Below, piece after piece: positions 19,469 through 29,567 of a stretch of 64,000 nt of DNA (position 1 is its first letter; every line of letters starts with the position of its first letter). The DNA comes from an uncultured Spirochaetota bacterium. Lineage in GTDB: Bacteria; Spirochaetota; Spirochaetia; SZUA-6; CAVTHK01. Where the stretch lies: positions 672,001 to 736,000 of the forward strand of contig CAVTHK010000001.1 in the NCBI GenBank assembly GCA_963734495.1, in the 5' to 3' direction. A program made the translations under genes and the position numbers. The notes below the pieces were generated by a model. The model had not been told where the DNA came from. It searched no databases and saw only the letters and a list, made by a program, of their open reading frames with translations.

Positions 19469-21342
19469 CCTTTCAGCTCCTGCCTGCCCGCCGCGGCGGC
19501 CCGGGTTGCCGTGCCCGCCGCAGCTCCGCTCGAAGACCCCGCGGAGGACCAGCCCTGGCTCGCCTGCGGCTGCGGCGCGGCGGCCGGCCGGGACACGGGC
19601 AGGTCCACGAAGAAGGTGGTCCCCCTCCCGCGCTCGGTCTCGAACCAGATGCGGCCGTTGTGATCAAAGACGATGCGCTCGACGATGGCGAGCCCGAGGC
19701 CGGAGCCCTCCTTCTTGGTGGTGAAATAGGGCTCGAAGGCCTTTTCGCGGGCCTCCTCGTCCATCCCCTGCCCCGTGTCCTGAATTCGGACCCTAAGGTA
19801 TTCGGTCTGGTCCTTGGTGACAAGATCCGTGCTCACGATGACGCGGCCGCCGTCGGGCATCGCCTGGATCGCGTTCTTGATGAGGTTGGCAAAGGCCTGC
19901 CGGGTCTGGTCCCGGTCGGCCACGATGTGGTGATCCTCCGCCTGGTAACGGCACTCGAAGCTGACGCTGGACGACATGTTGCGGTAGACCGAGAGCACCT
20001 CCTCCATGAGGGCGCGGACGTCGACGGGCTCCGGCTTGAGGTCGGGAAGCCGCGTGAACTCGCGGAACTCGACGAGCAGCTTGTTGAGGTTGTCGACCTC
20101 CTTGACGATGGCGCTCACCGCCGGCTCGAGCACCTCGCGCAGCTCGTCGGAGGCCGAAGCCTCCGCCTTGCGGAGGATGCGCTGGGCCGAGAGCTTGATG
20201 GGGGTGAGGGGGTTGCGGATCTCGTGGGCCAGCCGCTGCGCGATCTCCTTCCACGTCTCGATCTTCTCGGCCTGCACGAGCTTGCGGCGCGAGCTCTCGA
20301 GCTCCGCGATCATGCGGTTGAACGAGGCCACCAGGGCGGCCAGCTCGTCGTTGCGGCGGGCGAGCAGGCGGAACGAGAAGTCGCCCTCGGCCACGCGGCG
20401 GGTCGCCTCCTCGAGGTGCACGATCGGCCGGATGATGTCGTCGGTCAGCAGGAAGCTCACCAGGATCGCGAGGAGCAGGATCGGGATCGAGAAGACGGCG
20501 TAGAACAGGACGACGACCACGCGGAAGACCTGCTGGTAGTCCGCCAGCTGCCGCGAGACGCGGCGCGCGGCCGTGATGCGGCTCGCGATCTCGTCGAACG
20601 TGCGCGGGTACACGATCCCGAGCACGACGGTGCGGGTCAGGGGCACCGTGACGCGCAGGATCGTGGTGTCGCCGTTGGTCTTGCGGACGGGCACGCCCGG
20701 CGGGTCGCGCCGCAGCGAGGCGGGGTCGTCCACCCGCGCCTTCTCGTCGCCGCGGAAGAAGAGCTCGCGGCCGGACGAGTCTGAACACCTGCATCAGGCT
20801 GATCTCCGGGTCCGCCGAGGTGATGCTCCGCCAGGCCTGCTCCGGGTTGCGGTCCACGTCCCTGAGCATCCCCGCGAGCACCGGTCCCGAGGCGAAGGCG
20901 CGGAGGTTCCGCACCTTGTCCGTGTGGTAGGCGAGCGAGATCGTGAGGCTGCCTTCGAGCGCGTCCCCCACGCCGGCGCTCACCCAGTAGTTGATCGCAG
21001 AGTTGATGAACGTGGTCGAAAGGAGCGCCTGCAGGCACGAGCGCCAGGAGGGCGACGAACACGAAGAACAGGAGGAGCCGGGTCTTCAGGCGCGCGCCCG
21101 CCCGCCGCTGCGCCCGCTCGCGGAAGAGCCGGACGAGGTTCACCACGATGGCGGCGAGCAGGGCGAGGGGCAGCACGACCGTCACCGCGGCGGTGCCGGC
21201 GCCCGCCAGCGGGCCCGGCCGTGCTCAGGTCGGAGACGATTTCCCTCGAAAACACGACGATGAGCGCGACCAGCAGCAGGTAGAGGAGCACGAGCGTGAG
21301 CAGGCCCGCCAGCCCGCTCGCCGCCTCATTCCTCAGCCTCAC
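19465..21342 (-). CDS. NtrY-like HAMP sensor histidine kinase (about three indels, probably assembly errors)
   Basis: WKEIAQRLAHEIRNPLTPIKLSAQR, N/G1/F/G2 boxes; TM and periplasmic parts lie in shifted frames with breaks near 21225, 21030 and 20780. Confidence 0.85.
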
Positions 21343-21891
21343 GGCTGCTGCGCCCACCGCGCCCGCGATCTCGACGCGGTGCCATGCGGTCACGGACGAC
21401 GTGGGCCTGAAGAGGGTGACGATGTGCAGCGGCGCCTCCAGGCGGACATACTCCACCCGCGCCCGCGAGATCAGGTAGGTCCTGGAGTCGGCGGGCCAGG
21501 CGAGGCGAAGGGACCGGACTGTGAGGAAGTCGCGCAAGAAGTCCTCGACTGCGGTATGGCGGCGGGTCTCGCCCCCTACGTCGAGGAGTATATAGCGGTC
21601 GTCGAGGAAGTCCATGGATGCCCGCCTCTGCACCGTGAGCTGCGCGACGACGCGGTCGCCGAGAAGGGCGCGCAGCCCGGTCGTCCGGCGGTACAGGCGG
21701 AACTCGAACGTCACCGAAGCCTCGAGGCCTTCGGCGAGCGAGGCGAGCAGGCGCGGGCGGTCGACGCCGGTGATCTCCGCGTTCACCTCGACCGAGCCCG
21801 ACGGGTCGGCGGACGCCGCCAGCTCGACCTCTTCGGACCGCGCAGCCGCGCACGCGAGGAAGCAGGCAAGCAGGGCCGCGAGCAGCCGCAT
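21339..21891 (-). CDS. Exported protein, DUF4390-like
   Basis: Signal peptide, LAEGLEASVTFEFRLYR; position just upstream of ntrY-like kinase; 3' end inferred from GTGA overlap (one indel). Confidence 0.6.
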
Positions 21892-22160
21892 TACGATTCT
21901 TCTTCGAATTTCTTCTCGAACAGCTCAGCCAGGGCGTCCACGGCCTGCTTCTCGTCTTCGCCGTCGGCGATGATCGAGATCTCGGATTCGTAGGTCGCTC
22001 CCAGCGTGATGATGCCCATGATGGACTTGCCGTTGATCCGCTCGGAATCCTTTTCGAAATAGATGTCCGACGCGAACCTGTTGGCCGTCTGCACTAGCAT
22101 CGCCGCGGGTCGGGCATGGATGCCCGCCCTGTTGGTGATCGTGATCCTGCGCTGTGTCAT
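21891..22160 (-). CDS. ptsH: Phosphocarrier protein HPr
   Basis: GIHARPAA (His15) and NGKSIMG (Ser46). Confidence 0.95.
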   Translation of the reverse strand: MTQRRITITNRAGIHARPAAMLVQTANRFASDIYFEKDSERINGKSIMGIITLGATYESEISIIADGEDEKQAVDALAELFEKKFEEES

Positions 22161-22165
22161 GAGAG

Positions 22166-23149
22166 CTACAGCTCGCCGTCCTCGCCGAGAAAGAGGCTGC
22201 GGGCGCGCTTCTTTTCGAGCCAGGTCATGACGTTTTTCTGGAACTCCTGGGAGGAGTCGAAGCCCAGCTTCTTGAGACGCTCGTTCATGGCTCCCGTCTC
22301 CACGATGATCGCGACGTTGCGCCCCGGCTTGATCGGGATCAGAAGGTACGGCAGGCGCACGCCCATGATCTCCGTGGTCCCCGTCTCGCCCCCGACCCGG
22401 TCGTAGTTCCGCTTGGGGTCCCACTCCTCGAGGCGCACGATCATCTGAACGCGCTTCTCGTCGCGCACCGCGCCGACGCCGAACAGGTGCGTGATGTTGA
22501 TGATGCCGAGGCCGCGGATCTCCATGTGGTGGCTGGTCACCGGGTTCGTGCCCTTGCCGAGCACCACGTTGCCGCTCACGCATCGGATCTCGACGACGTC
22601 GTCGGCGACGAGGCGGTGGCCGCGTTCGATGAGGGCGAGGGCGCATTCGCTCTTTCCGACGCCGCTCGGCCCCTGGATGAGCATGCCCAGGCCGAAGACC
22701 TCCATCAGCACCCCGTGCACCGTCTCGCGCGGGGCGAACACGTCGGTCAGGACGCGCAGGAGGCGCGAGGAGAACTCCGCGGAGCTCAGGTCCGTCTGGA
22801 GGATCGGGCACTGGTGCTCGTTGGCGAGCTCGTAGACGATGCGGATCGGCTCGATGCCGTAGGCGAACACGCAGCAGGGCAGGTCGTAGGAGAAGATCTT
22901 GCGGATGGTGTCGTAGCGGCGCTCGGCATCCAGCTTGGCGAGGTAGGCGGTCTCGCCGCGCCCGAACACCTGGATGCGCTGGTGAGCGAAGCTGTCGAAG
23001 AACCCCGCGAGCTCGAGCCCCGGGCGGTCGATCTCGGCGACGGTGATCGCCCGCGTCAGCCCCGGCCTGCCGGCTATGCAGCGCAGGTTCAGCGCGTCAT
23101 GCTCCTTGAGATCCATCCGCAGAAGGTCGAGTACCGTGAACTTGTCCAT
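22166..23149 (-). CDS. hprK: HPr(Ser) kinase/phosphorylase
   Basis: RPGLELAG, GPSGVGKSE, LVADD, MEIRGLGII, PGRN. Confidence 0.96.
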   Translation of the reverse strand: MDKFTVLDLLRMDLKEHDALNLRCIAGRPGLTRAITVAEIDRPGLELAGFFDSFAHQRIQVFGRGETAYLAKLDAERRYDTIRKIFSYDLPCCVFAYGIEPIRIVYELANEHQCPILQTDLSSAEFSSRLLRVLTDVFAPRETVHGVLMEVFGLGMLIQGPSGVGKSECALALIERGHRLVADDVVEIRCVSGNVVLGKGTNPVTSHHMEIRGLGIINITHLFGVGAVRDEKRVQMIVRLEEWDPKRNYDRVGGETGTTEIMGVRLPYLLIPIKPGRNVAIIVETGAMNERLKKLGFDSSQEFQKNVMTWLEKKRARSLFLGEDGEL

Positions 23150-23168
23150 AGACCGCCGCTTCGGGGCG

Positions 23169-23480
23169 CTACTCCTCCGGCTGGGGCCGCGTCCCGTGCT
23201 CCTGGATCCGCTGCTTCTCCTTGGTCACCTTGGCGTCGATCTTGTGGAACAGCGAATCGATCCCTTCAAATATATCGAAGCTCGCAACGCTGATGTGCGC
23301 CGAGGTCCCCCACCGGAAGTTCATGGTGGACTCCACCTTGTAGCCCTTGTCCTTGGTGATCGTGATCAACAGATCGATGATCATGTCCTTGGCGTAGTCG
23401 AGGTGCGGGAGCCGCTGGTCGACGTGCTCCTTCATCTTGTCGGTGACTTCGAGATGAACGCCCTTGATCTCGACGTGCAT
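23169..23480 (-). CDS. hpf: Ribosome hibernation promoting factor (HPF/RaiA, short form)
   Basis: MHVEIKGVHLEVT..., DIFEGIDSL; lies directly downstream of rpoN. Confidence 0.85.
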   Translation of the reverse strand: MHVEIKGVHLEVTDKMKEHVDQRLPHLDYAKDMIIDLLITITKDKGYKVESTMNFRWGTSAHISVASFDIFEGIDSLFHKIDAKVTKEKQRIQEHGTRPQPEE

Positions 23481-23499
23481 AGCCCCTCCCGGTTGCGGC

Positions 23500-24888
23500 T
23501 CATCTGTGGAATGAGGAACCGATGTCCAGTTCCTTGCGGTATTTGGATACCGTGCGGCGCGCGAGGTCGATGCCTTTCTCGTGCAGGATGTCGGCGATCT
23601 CGCGGTCAGAGAGCTGCTTGTGCCCCTCCTCTGCGAGGATTTCGCGGATGATCTCCTTGACCCCCTCCTTGGAGAACCGGCTCCCCGACGACCCCGAGCC
23701 GGAAATGGAATTGGTGAAGAAATACTTCAGCTCGAAGATACCCCACTCGGTCTGTATGTACTTGGCGGACGTGATGCGGGAGACGGTCGCCTCGTGGACC
23801 CCGATCTCGGCGGCGATGTCCTTGAGCGTGAGCGGGGCGAGGTACTTGGGGCCGCGGCGGAAGAACTCCCGCTGGAACTCGACGATCGTCTTGACCGTCT
23901 TGAGCAGGGTCTGGTTGCGCTGGTTGATGCTGCGGATGAACCAGCGCGCGTCGTTGAGCTTTCCCTTGACGAAACGCGAGAGATCCTTGGCTCCGCCCTT
24001 GCCGTCGCTCTTCCCGTCGCCCTTGCCGTCCGCGATCCTGGCAAAGCCGGAGTTGATGCTGAGCACCGGGATCTCCTCGTCGTTGAGCACGATGACGAAC
24101 TCGCCGTCGCGCAGCTGCACCATCACGTCGGGGATCACGTACTGGGCCTCGCCCGCGTAGTTGCGTCCCGGCATCGGGTCCAGCGTCTGGAGGAACTCCA
24201 CCGCCTTCGCGATCTCGGCCTCGCTCGTGTGCAGCTTGCGGGCGATCTCCCCGTTCTTCCCGCGCTCGAGGAGCTCCAGGTACTTTTCGACCAGGGCCTT
24301 CGCCAGCGGGTGCGGCTCGGGGTGGTCGGCGATCTGCACGAGCAGGCTCTCCTGGTAGCCCGCGGTGCAGCAGCCCGGCGGGTCGAGGCGCTGGATGAGC
24401 CGCATCATCTCGCGCATGACCGGCAGGTCCTTTTCGCCGACGAGCGTCTCGGGCGGCTCGATGTGGAAGCCGTTCTCGTCGAGGTTGCGGATCAGCAGCT
24501 CGCCGATCTCGAATGAGCGCTGCGGCAGCGGGTGCAGCCGCAGCTGCCACACCAGGTGGTCGCGCAGGCTCTCAGGCCGCGAAAGCGTGCCTTCGATGAA
24601 CTGCTGCTTCTGGTCGCTCGCCTCCTGGCCGTCGCGGCGGGAGTACCCGGGGTCCGACGACTCCTCGAACACGCTGTAGTCCGTGTCGGTGCCGGCCGAG
24701 AGCTGGTCGATCGAGACTTCGGACGGGTCCTCGATCACCTCGAGCGCGGGGTTCTTCTCCAGCTCTTCCTCGATCTTGAGGCGCAGGTCCTGAATCGGCA
24801 GCGCCATGATCTGGATGGCCTGCACGAGCTGCGGTGTGAGCTTGAGTCTCTGTTCCTGCCTGAGGACAGGCTTTTGATACTGCTGCAA
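23500..24888 (-). CDS. rpoN: RNA polymerase sigma-54 factor
   Basis: Gln-rich region I, HEATVSR, ELKYFF, RpoN box ARRTVSKYR. Confidence 0.96.
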   Translation of the reverse strand: MQQYQKPVLRQEQRLKLTPQLVQAIQIMALPIQDLRLKIEEELEKNPALEVIEDPSEVSIDQLSAGTDTDYSVFEESSDPGYSRRDGQEASDQKQQFIEGTLSRPESLRDHLVWQLRLHPLPQRSFEIGELLIRNLDENGFHIEPPETLVGEKDLPVMREMMRLIQRLDPPGCCTAGYQESLLVQIADHPEPHPLAKALVEKYLELLERGKNGEIARKLHTSEAEIAKAVEFLQTLDPMPGRNYAGEAQYVIPDVMVQLRDGEFVIVLNDEEIPVLSINSGFARIADGKGDGKSDGKGGAKDLSRFVKGKLNDARWFIRSINQRNQTLLKTVKTIVEFQREFFRRGPKYLAPLTLKDIAAEIGVHEATVSRITSAKYIQTEWGIFELKYFFTNSISGSGSSGSRFSKEGVKEIIREILAEEGHKQLSDREIADILHEKGIDLARRTVSKYRKELDIGSSFHR

Positions 24889-25064
24889 AGGGTCTGCCCT
24901 TGCCTATGTCGGGCGCGGCCCATGCCGGGCATGGGGCCGGCGTCCAGACCCGCCGCGGCGGCGGGTGACGACGGCCTGCCGCAAATCCGACCGGCTCCTA
25001 GAAGTCTCCGGCATGGCCGGTGGCCTTGTCAAATCCGCTCGTGTCACCGGGCGATCGTTTCCCC

Positions 25065-25790
25065 TCACATCCGGAAGTCATGCCCGAGGTAAGTTTCCCG
25101 GGCCACCGGGCTCGCCAGCAGCTCGTCACGCGCGCCGCTGGCCACGATCAACCCGAGGTCGATTATATAGGATCGATGCGTTATTTCAAGGGTATCGCGG
25201 ACGTTGTGGTCCGTGATCAGGACGCCGATGCCCGAGGCGGCGAGCCGCTGCACGATGCGCTTGATCTCCGTGACGGCCTTGGGGTCGATGCCCGCGAACG
25301 GCTCATCCATCAGCAGGAAGGTGGGCTCGAGGGCGAGCGAGCGCGCGATCTCGGTGCGTCTGCGCTCGCCGCCGGAGAGCGTGTGGGCCTTCTGCCGCCG
25401 CACCGCGGAGAGCCCGAGGTCCGCGATCAGCCGCTCCAGGCGCTCGCGCTTGGCCGCCTCGGGGATGTCGCGCCGGGTCTCGAGGATCGCCCACACGTTC
25501 TTCTCCACCGAGAGCTGGCGGAACACGGAGGGCTCCTGCGGCAGGTAGGCGATCCCCTTGCGGGCGCGGCGGTGCATGGGAAAGGCGGTGATGTCGAGCT
25601 CGTCGAGGATCACGCGGCCGCTCGTCGGCCGGATGAATCCGACGATGGCGTAGAAGACCGTGGTCTTTCCAGCGCCGTTGGGGCCGAGCAACCCGACGAT
25701 CTCGCCGGGCTCCATCGCGAAGCTCACGTCCTGAACCGCGGCCTTGCGGCCGTAGAGCTTCTGCAGGTTCTCGACGGCGAGGCGGCTCAC
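25065..25790 (-). CDS. lptB: LPS export ABC ATPase
   Basis: GLLGPNGAGKTT, YLPQEPSVFR, LSGGERRR, DEPFAGIDP, ITDHNVR. Confidence 0.95.
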   Translation of the reverse strand: MSRLAVENLQKLYGRKAAVQDVSFAMEPGEIVGLLGPNGAGKTTVFYAIVGFIRPTSGRVILDELDITAFPMHRRARKGIAYLPQEPSVFRQLSVEKNVWAILETRRDIPEAAKRERLERLIADLGLSAVRRQKAHTLSGGERRRTEIARSLALEPTFLLMDEPFAGIDPKAVTEIKRIVQRLAASGIGVLITDHNVRDTLEITHRSYIIDLGLIVASGARDELLASPVARETYLGHDFRM

Positions 25791-26692
25791 CTGGGCGCCT
25801 CCGGGACGCGCGCGGGCGGGTCGACAGGGGCTGAAGGCGCGGGCGTCATGGGCGACGGGGCGGGGCGCGGCGCCGGGGCGGGGCCCGGGGCCGGCGTCGT
25901 GGGCGCGGGCGCCGGCGGGGGCGTGCCCGGCTCAGCCGGACCCGCGGCGGCCGGGGGCGCCGACTCGGTGGGGGCGGGTTTTTCGGGAGCCGCGGCGCCC
26001 GCGGGCGTTCCGCCTTCACCTTGTTTCTTTTCCTCGTAGCTCACCTCGCCCGAGACCGCGCCTTCGAGCTGGATCTTGTCGGACTTGAGGTCGACGTTGA
26101 TGCGCGCGGCACGGTAGGTGTCGCCCTTCCACCTGACGACCGGGAGGCCCGAGAGCTCGAGGCGGTCCTCGTCGCGGAAGTAGCGCGCCATCTGCGAGCG
26201 GCTCGCGAGGTCCTTCTTGAGGATGCGCACGCCGATCTGGATGAGCGTGACGCCCTCCTTGTCGCGGTTCTCGAGGAGCTCGCCCTTGATCACCATCTCG
26301 TGCTTGCGATCCTCCATCACCGCGTTTCCCTGCAGGCGGATGACCCTCTCCTTGCGGTCGTAGTCCACCCCGTCGCAGGTAAAGGTGGTGTCGTTCTTCG
26401 TGTCGGTGATCCGCACGCCTCCCCGGCAGAGGGCCAGGTTGAAGTCTTCGCCGTAAAGCTCGATGCTGTTGGCCTCGATGGTGAACTGATCCGAAACGAG
26501 CCGGGCGTGGCCCGCGAGGACCGTGCGCTCGCGTCCCTTGGCGAGCTCGGCGTCGAGGCGGTCGCCGGAGAAGCTGAAGGTGTCGGCGGCCGATGCCCCC
26601 GCGGCGAACGTGGCAAGGAGCGTCACAAGAGCGAGCGCGCCTCGCGCGACGCGGTGCGGCCGGCGCGGTCCATGTGCCGAGCCGCGGCTCAC
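25787..26692 (-). CDS. lptA: LptA/OstA family protein with Pro/Ala-rich tail
   Basis: Signal peptide, beta-jellyroll-type sequence (FSFSGDRL...IEANSIELYG), upstream of lptB; GTG at 26692 overlaps the lptC stop. Confidence 0.75.
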   Translation of the reverse strand: MSRGSAHGPRRPHRVARGALALVTLLATFAAGASAADTFSFSGDRLDAELAKGRERTVLAGHARLVSDQFTIEANSIELYGEDFNLALCRGGVRITDTKNDTTFTCDGVDYDRKERVIRLQGNAVMEDRKHEMVIKGELLENRDKEGVTLIQIGVRILKKDLASRSQMARYFRDEDRLELSGLPVVRWKGDTYRAARINVDLKSDKIQLEGAVSGEVSYEEKKQGEGGTPAGAAAPEKPAPTESAPPAAAGPAEPGTPPPAPAPTTPAPGPAPAPRPAPSPMTPAPSAPVDPPARVPEAPR

Positions 26693-27343
26693 GGCGGCCC
26701 TTCCTTTGTTTCGGCGGTCTTTTCGGCGGCCTTCTCCGTGGCCTTTTCGCTGGTCTTTTGCGTGACGACTGTCCCGCTCACGCCGGCGCCGAAGCGGATC
26801 GTGCGCGTGCGGAAGTCCGCCTCGAAGCCCTTTCCCGTGATGCGGGAGCCGTCGTCCTTCTCGACCTGCACCGCGTCCTCCGGACCGCCGCGGACAAACC
26901 GGTGCTGCGCGGTCCCAGTCGAGCGCGGTGGCCTTGAGCCTGGCCTTGTCCCGCGCGGAGTACAGCTCGATCCCGCCGGAGAACTCGGCGTTCTCGGTGT
27001 CGCTGTGAAAGACGACCCGCTCCGCGCGGCCGTCGATGGAGAGCTCGCCGGCGGAGTCGAACTCCCGGAAGCGCGCGCTGGAGAGCAGGACGCGGCTGCT
27101 GGCGCTGTAGGTCTTCGCCTCGCGCGCCTCGAGCACGAGCTGCGGCTTCCCGTCCCTCACCACCGTCTGCGAGAAGTTCTCGAGGATCGTGTCGGGGATC
27201 TCCTGGCCGAAGCTTTCGGCGACGGTGGCGGGCTCGTAGTTGAAGCTGCAGGCTGGCGAGCGCGCGAGGATCGCCGCGCGGCCGCCGCGCCGCGGGCCGC
27301 CGCCCGCGCCCCGGGCTCTCCGCAACCCGCCTCGCGCTTCCAT
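26689..27343 (-). CDS. lptC: LptC family lipoprotein (indel near 26910)
   Basis: ACSFNY...LENFSQTVVRDGK...LDWD, then shifted frame VQVEKDDGSRITGKGFEADF; between pyrG and lptA. Confidence 0.7.
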
Positions 27344-28951
27344 CAGCCTGCCTGACCCGCCAGGCAGGCCCCGATGAAGCTGCTGAACAGGGGGTGCGCC
27401 TCGCAGGGGCTTGGAGCGGAACTCCGGGTGGAACTGCACGCCGATCCCCCACGGGTGGTCGGGCCATTCGACGGCCTCCACCAGCGACTCGTCGGGATAC
27501 ATCGCGGAGACCGCGAGGCCGGCCTTCTCGAGCTGCGGCGTGTAGGCGTCGGAGATCTCGTAGCGGTGCCTGTGGCGCTCGTGGATCACGGGCTCGCCGT
27601 AGATCGCCCGCAGGTGAGTCCCGTCGCGGAGATCCGCCCGCATGGCGCCCAGCCGCATCGTGCCCCCGAGCCGCGTGACTTCCCGCTGCTCCTCCAGCAG
27701 CGCCACGACCGGGTGAGGCGTCTCCGGGTCGATCTCGGTGCTGTTGGCCCCCTGGAGCCCGAGCACATTGCGGGCGTACTCGATCACCATCATGTGCATG
27801 CCGAAGCAGATGCCGAAGTACGGCTTGCCGTGCTCCCGGGCCCAGCGGCAGGCGAGGATCATGCCTTCGATCCCCCGCGCGCCGAAGCCGCCGGGCACGA
27901 GGAAGCCGTCGACCTCGCGGAGGCGCGGATCTTCGCCGCCGGTCTTCTCCAGCGACTCGGCGTCGACCTTGACGAGCTCGACGCGGGCGGCGTTGGCGAG
28001 GCCCCCGTGGAACAGCGCCTCGAAGACGCTCTTGTACGAGTCGTGGAGCTCCAGGTACTTGCCGACGAAGCCCACCTTGACCGTGCGCGTGGCGTTGCGG
28101 TGCGTCTCCGTGATCCCCCGCCAGGCCGCGAGGTCGCGGTCCGCGCCGGAGAGGCCGAGCTTTTTCATGATGATCTCGTCGAGCTTCTGGTCCGCGAAGG
28201 CGATCGGGATCTCGTAGATGTTCGCCCCCACGTCGTACGCCGAGATGACGGCCTCGTCCTCCACGTTGGTGAACAGCGCGATCTTGCTGCGCAGCGGCTC
28301 CGAGAGCGGCTTGGCCGCCCGGCACAGCAGGATGTCGGGCTGGATGCCGAGCTCGAGCAGCGCATGGGCCGAGTGCTGCGTGGGCTTGGTCTTGTACTCG
28401 CCGCGGCCCACGAGCGGGACGAGCGTGAGGTGGACAAAGAGCACCTTGTCCCGACCCACGTCGTGGATGAACTGGCGCGCCGCCTCCAGGAACGGAATCG
28501 ACTCGATGTCGCCGACGGTGCCGCCGATCTCGATGATGGTGACGTCGACGCCCTTCTGATCGCCGATCTCGCGGATGCGTTTCTTGATGTGGTCGGTGAT
28601 GTGCGGGATCACCTGCACGCACCGGCCGAGGTAGCGGCCTTCGCGCTCCCGCTGGATCACCTCCTGGTAGATCTGGCCGGTGGTGATCGAGTTCTGCCTG
28701 GAGAGCGGAGCGGACGTGAAGCGCGCGTAGTTGCCGAGGTCGAGGTCGGTCTCCGCGCCGTCGTCGGTCACGTAGACTTCGCCGTGCTGATACGGGTTCA
28801 TGGTCCCCGCGTCGACGTTGATGTAGGGATCGACCTTGATCATGCGGACCGTGAGCCCCCTGGATTCCAGAAGGCTCCCGATCGAGCTCGCCGCCACGCC
28901 CTTGCCGAGGCTGGAACACACGCCCCCGGTCACGAAGATGTACTTGGGCAT
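27343..28951 (-). CDS. pyrG: CTP synthase (one indel near 27405)
   Basis: KYIFVTGGVCSSLGKG, HGEVYVTDDG, GICFGM, QFHPEF; C-terminus EAHPLFSSFIGACLAGQAG* is in a shifted frame ending at 27343. Confidence 0.95.
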
Positions 28952-28959
28952 GGGACGAT

Positions 28960-28988
28960 ATTATCCGTCCGTGCCCGAAGGGTGTCAA
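28960..28988 (-). promoter_or_regulatory. Sigma70 promoter of pyrG, leaderless
   Basis: TTGACA (28988-83), 17 bp, GATAAT (28965-60), ATCGTCCC, ATG. Confidence 0.75.
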
Positions 28989-29108
28989 CGCGGGGGAGTA
29001 GGCCGCGCTGCCCCTCGGGGGGCGATCCGCCTGTGAGGGGGTGAGGAGAATGATGTTGAAGGCGGACATCGGGCGCCCTCGACGGACGCCGGCGCCGCAG
29101 CGGCGCGC

Positions 29109-29567
29109 CTACAGCCGCGCGCTGCCGGCGGTGGCGCAGCTGCTCAGCTCGCCGACGGCAGCGTCCGCCGGCGCGATCCGCAGGATCTCCGGCAGGTTGC
29201 CGCCGGAGCGGCCGCGGAGCCAGGCGATGCCGAAGCCGACCGCGAGCCCGCCGACACCCGCCAGCACCTTGAGGGGATCGCCCTGCACTCCCAGCGCGCC
29301 GGCTGCCAGGTAAGCGCCGAGGAACAGGAACAGCGGAACGATCAGCACCATGAAGCCCGCGCGCACCGCCTTGCCCGGGGCGAAGCCCACCTCGACCACG
29401 TCGCCCGGCCGCAGGGAGATCCCGTGCGGGTTGCCCGCTCGCAGGACCTGCGGGCTGCTCTGGGCAAACGCTCCGCAGGCGGTGCAGCCGCCGCAAGCCG
29501 CGAGCGAGCCCAGCTCCACCTTGACTTCATTATTGCTCACTTGCTGAACTGTCGCCCGCTCGATCAT
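29109..29567 (-). CDS. RseC/MucC family protein
   Basis: MIERATV...ACGGCTACG...GDVVEV, two C-terminal TM helices; GGAGG SD. Confidence 0.8.
   Translation of the reverse strand: MIERATVQQVSNNEVKVELGSLAACGGCTACGAFAQSSPQVLRAGNPHGISLRPGDVVEVGFAPGKAVRAGFMVLIVPLFLFLGAYLAAGALGVQGDPLKVLAGVGGLAVGFGIAWLRGRSGGNLPEILRIAPADAAVGELSSCATAGSARL

Noticed and set aside
20980-21891. DUF4390-kinase N-terminus fusion
   Set aside because: A GTGA overlap at 21339-21342 and several neighbouring indels indicate two genes.
25800-26020. GC-rich low-complexity repeats
   Set aside because: Explained by the Pro/Ala-rich C-terminal tail of the LptA-like protein.
25787-28951. 1054-aa PyrG-LptC-LptA fusion ORF
   Set aside because: The natural PyrG and LptC C-termini, and the TGATG/GTGA stop-start overlaps, exist in shifted frames. 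The fusion arises from compensating indels.
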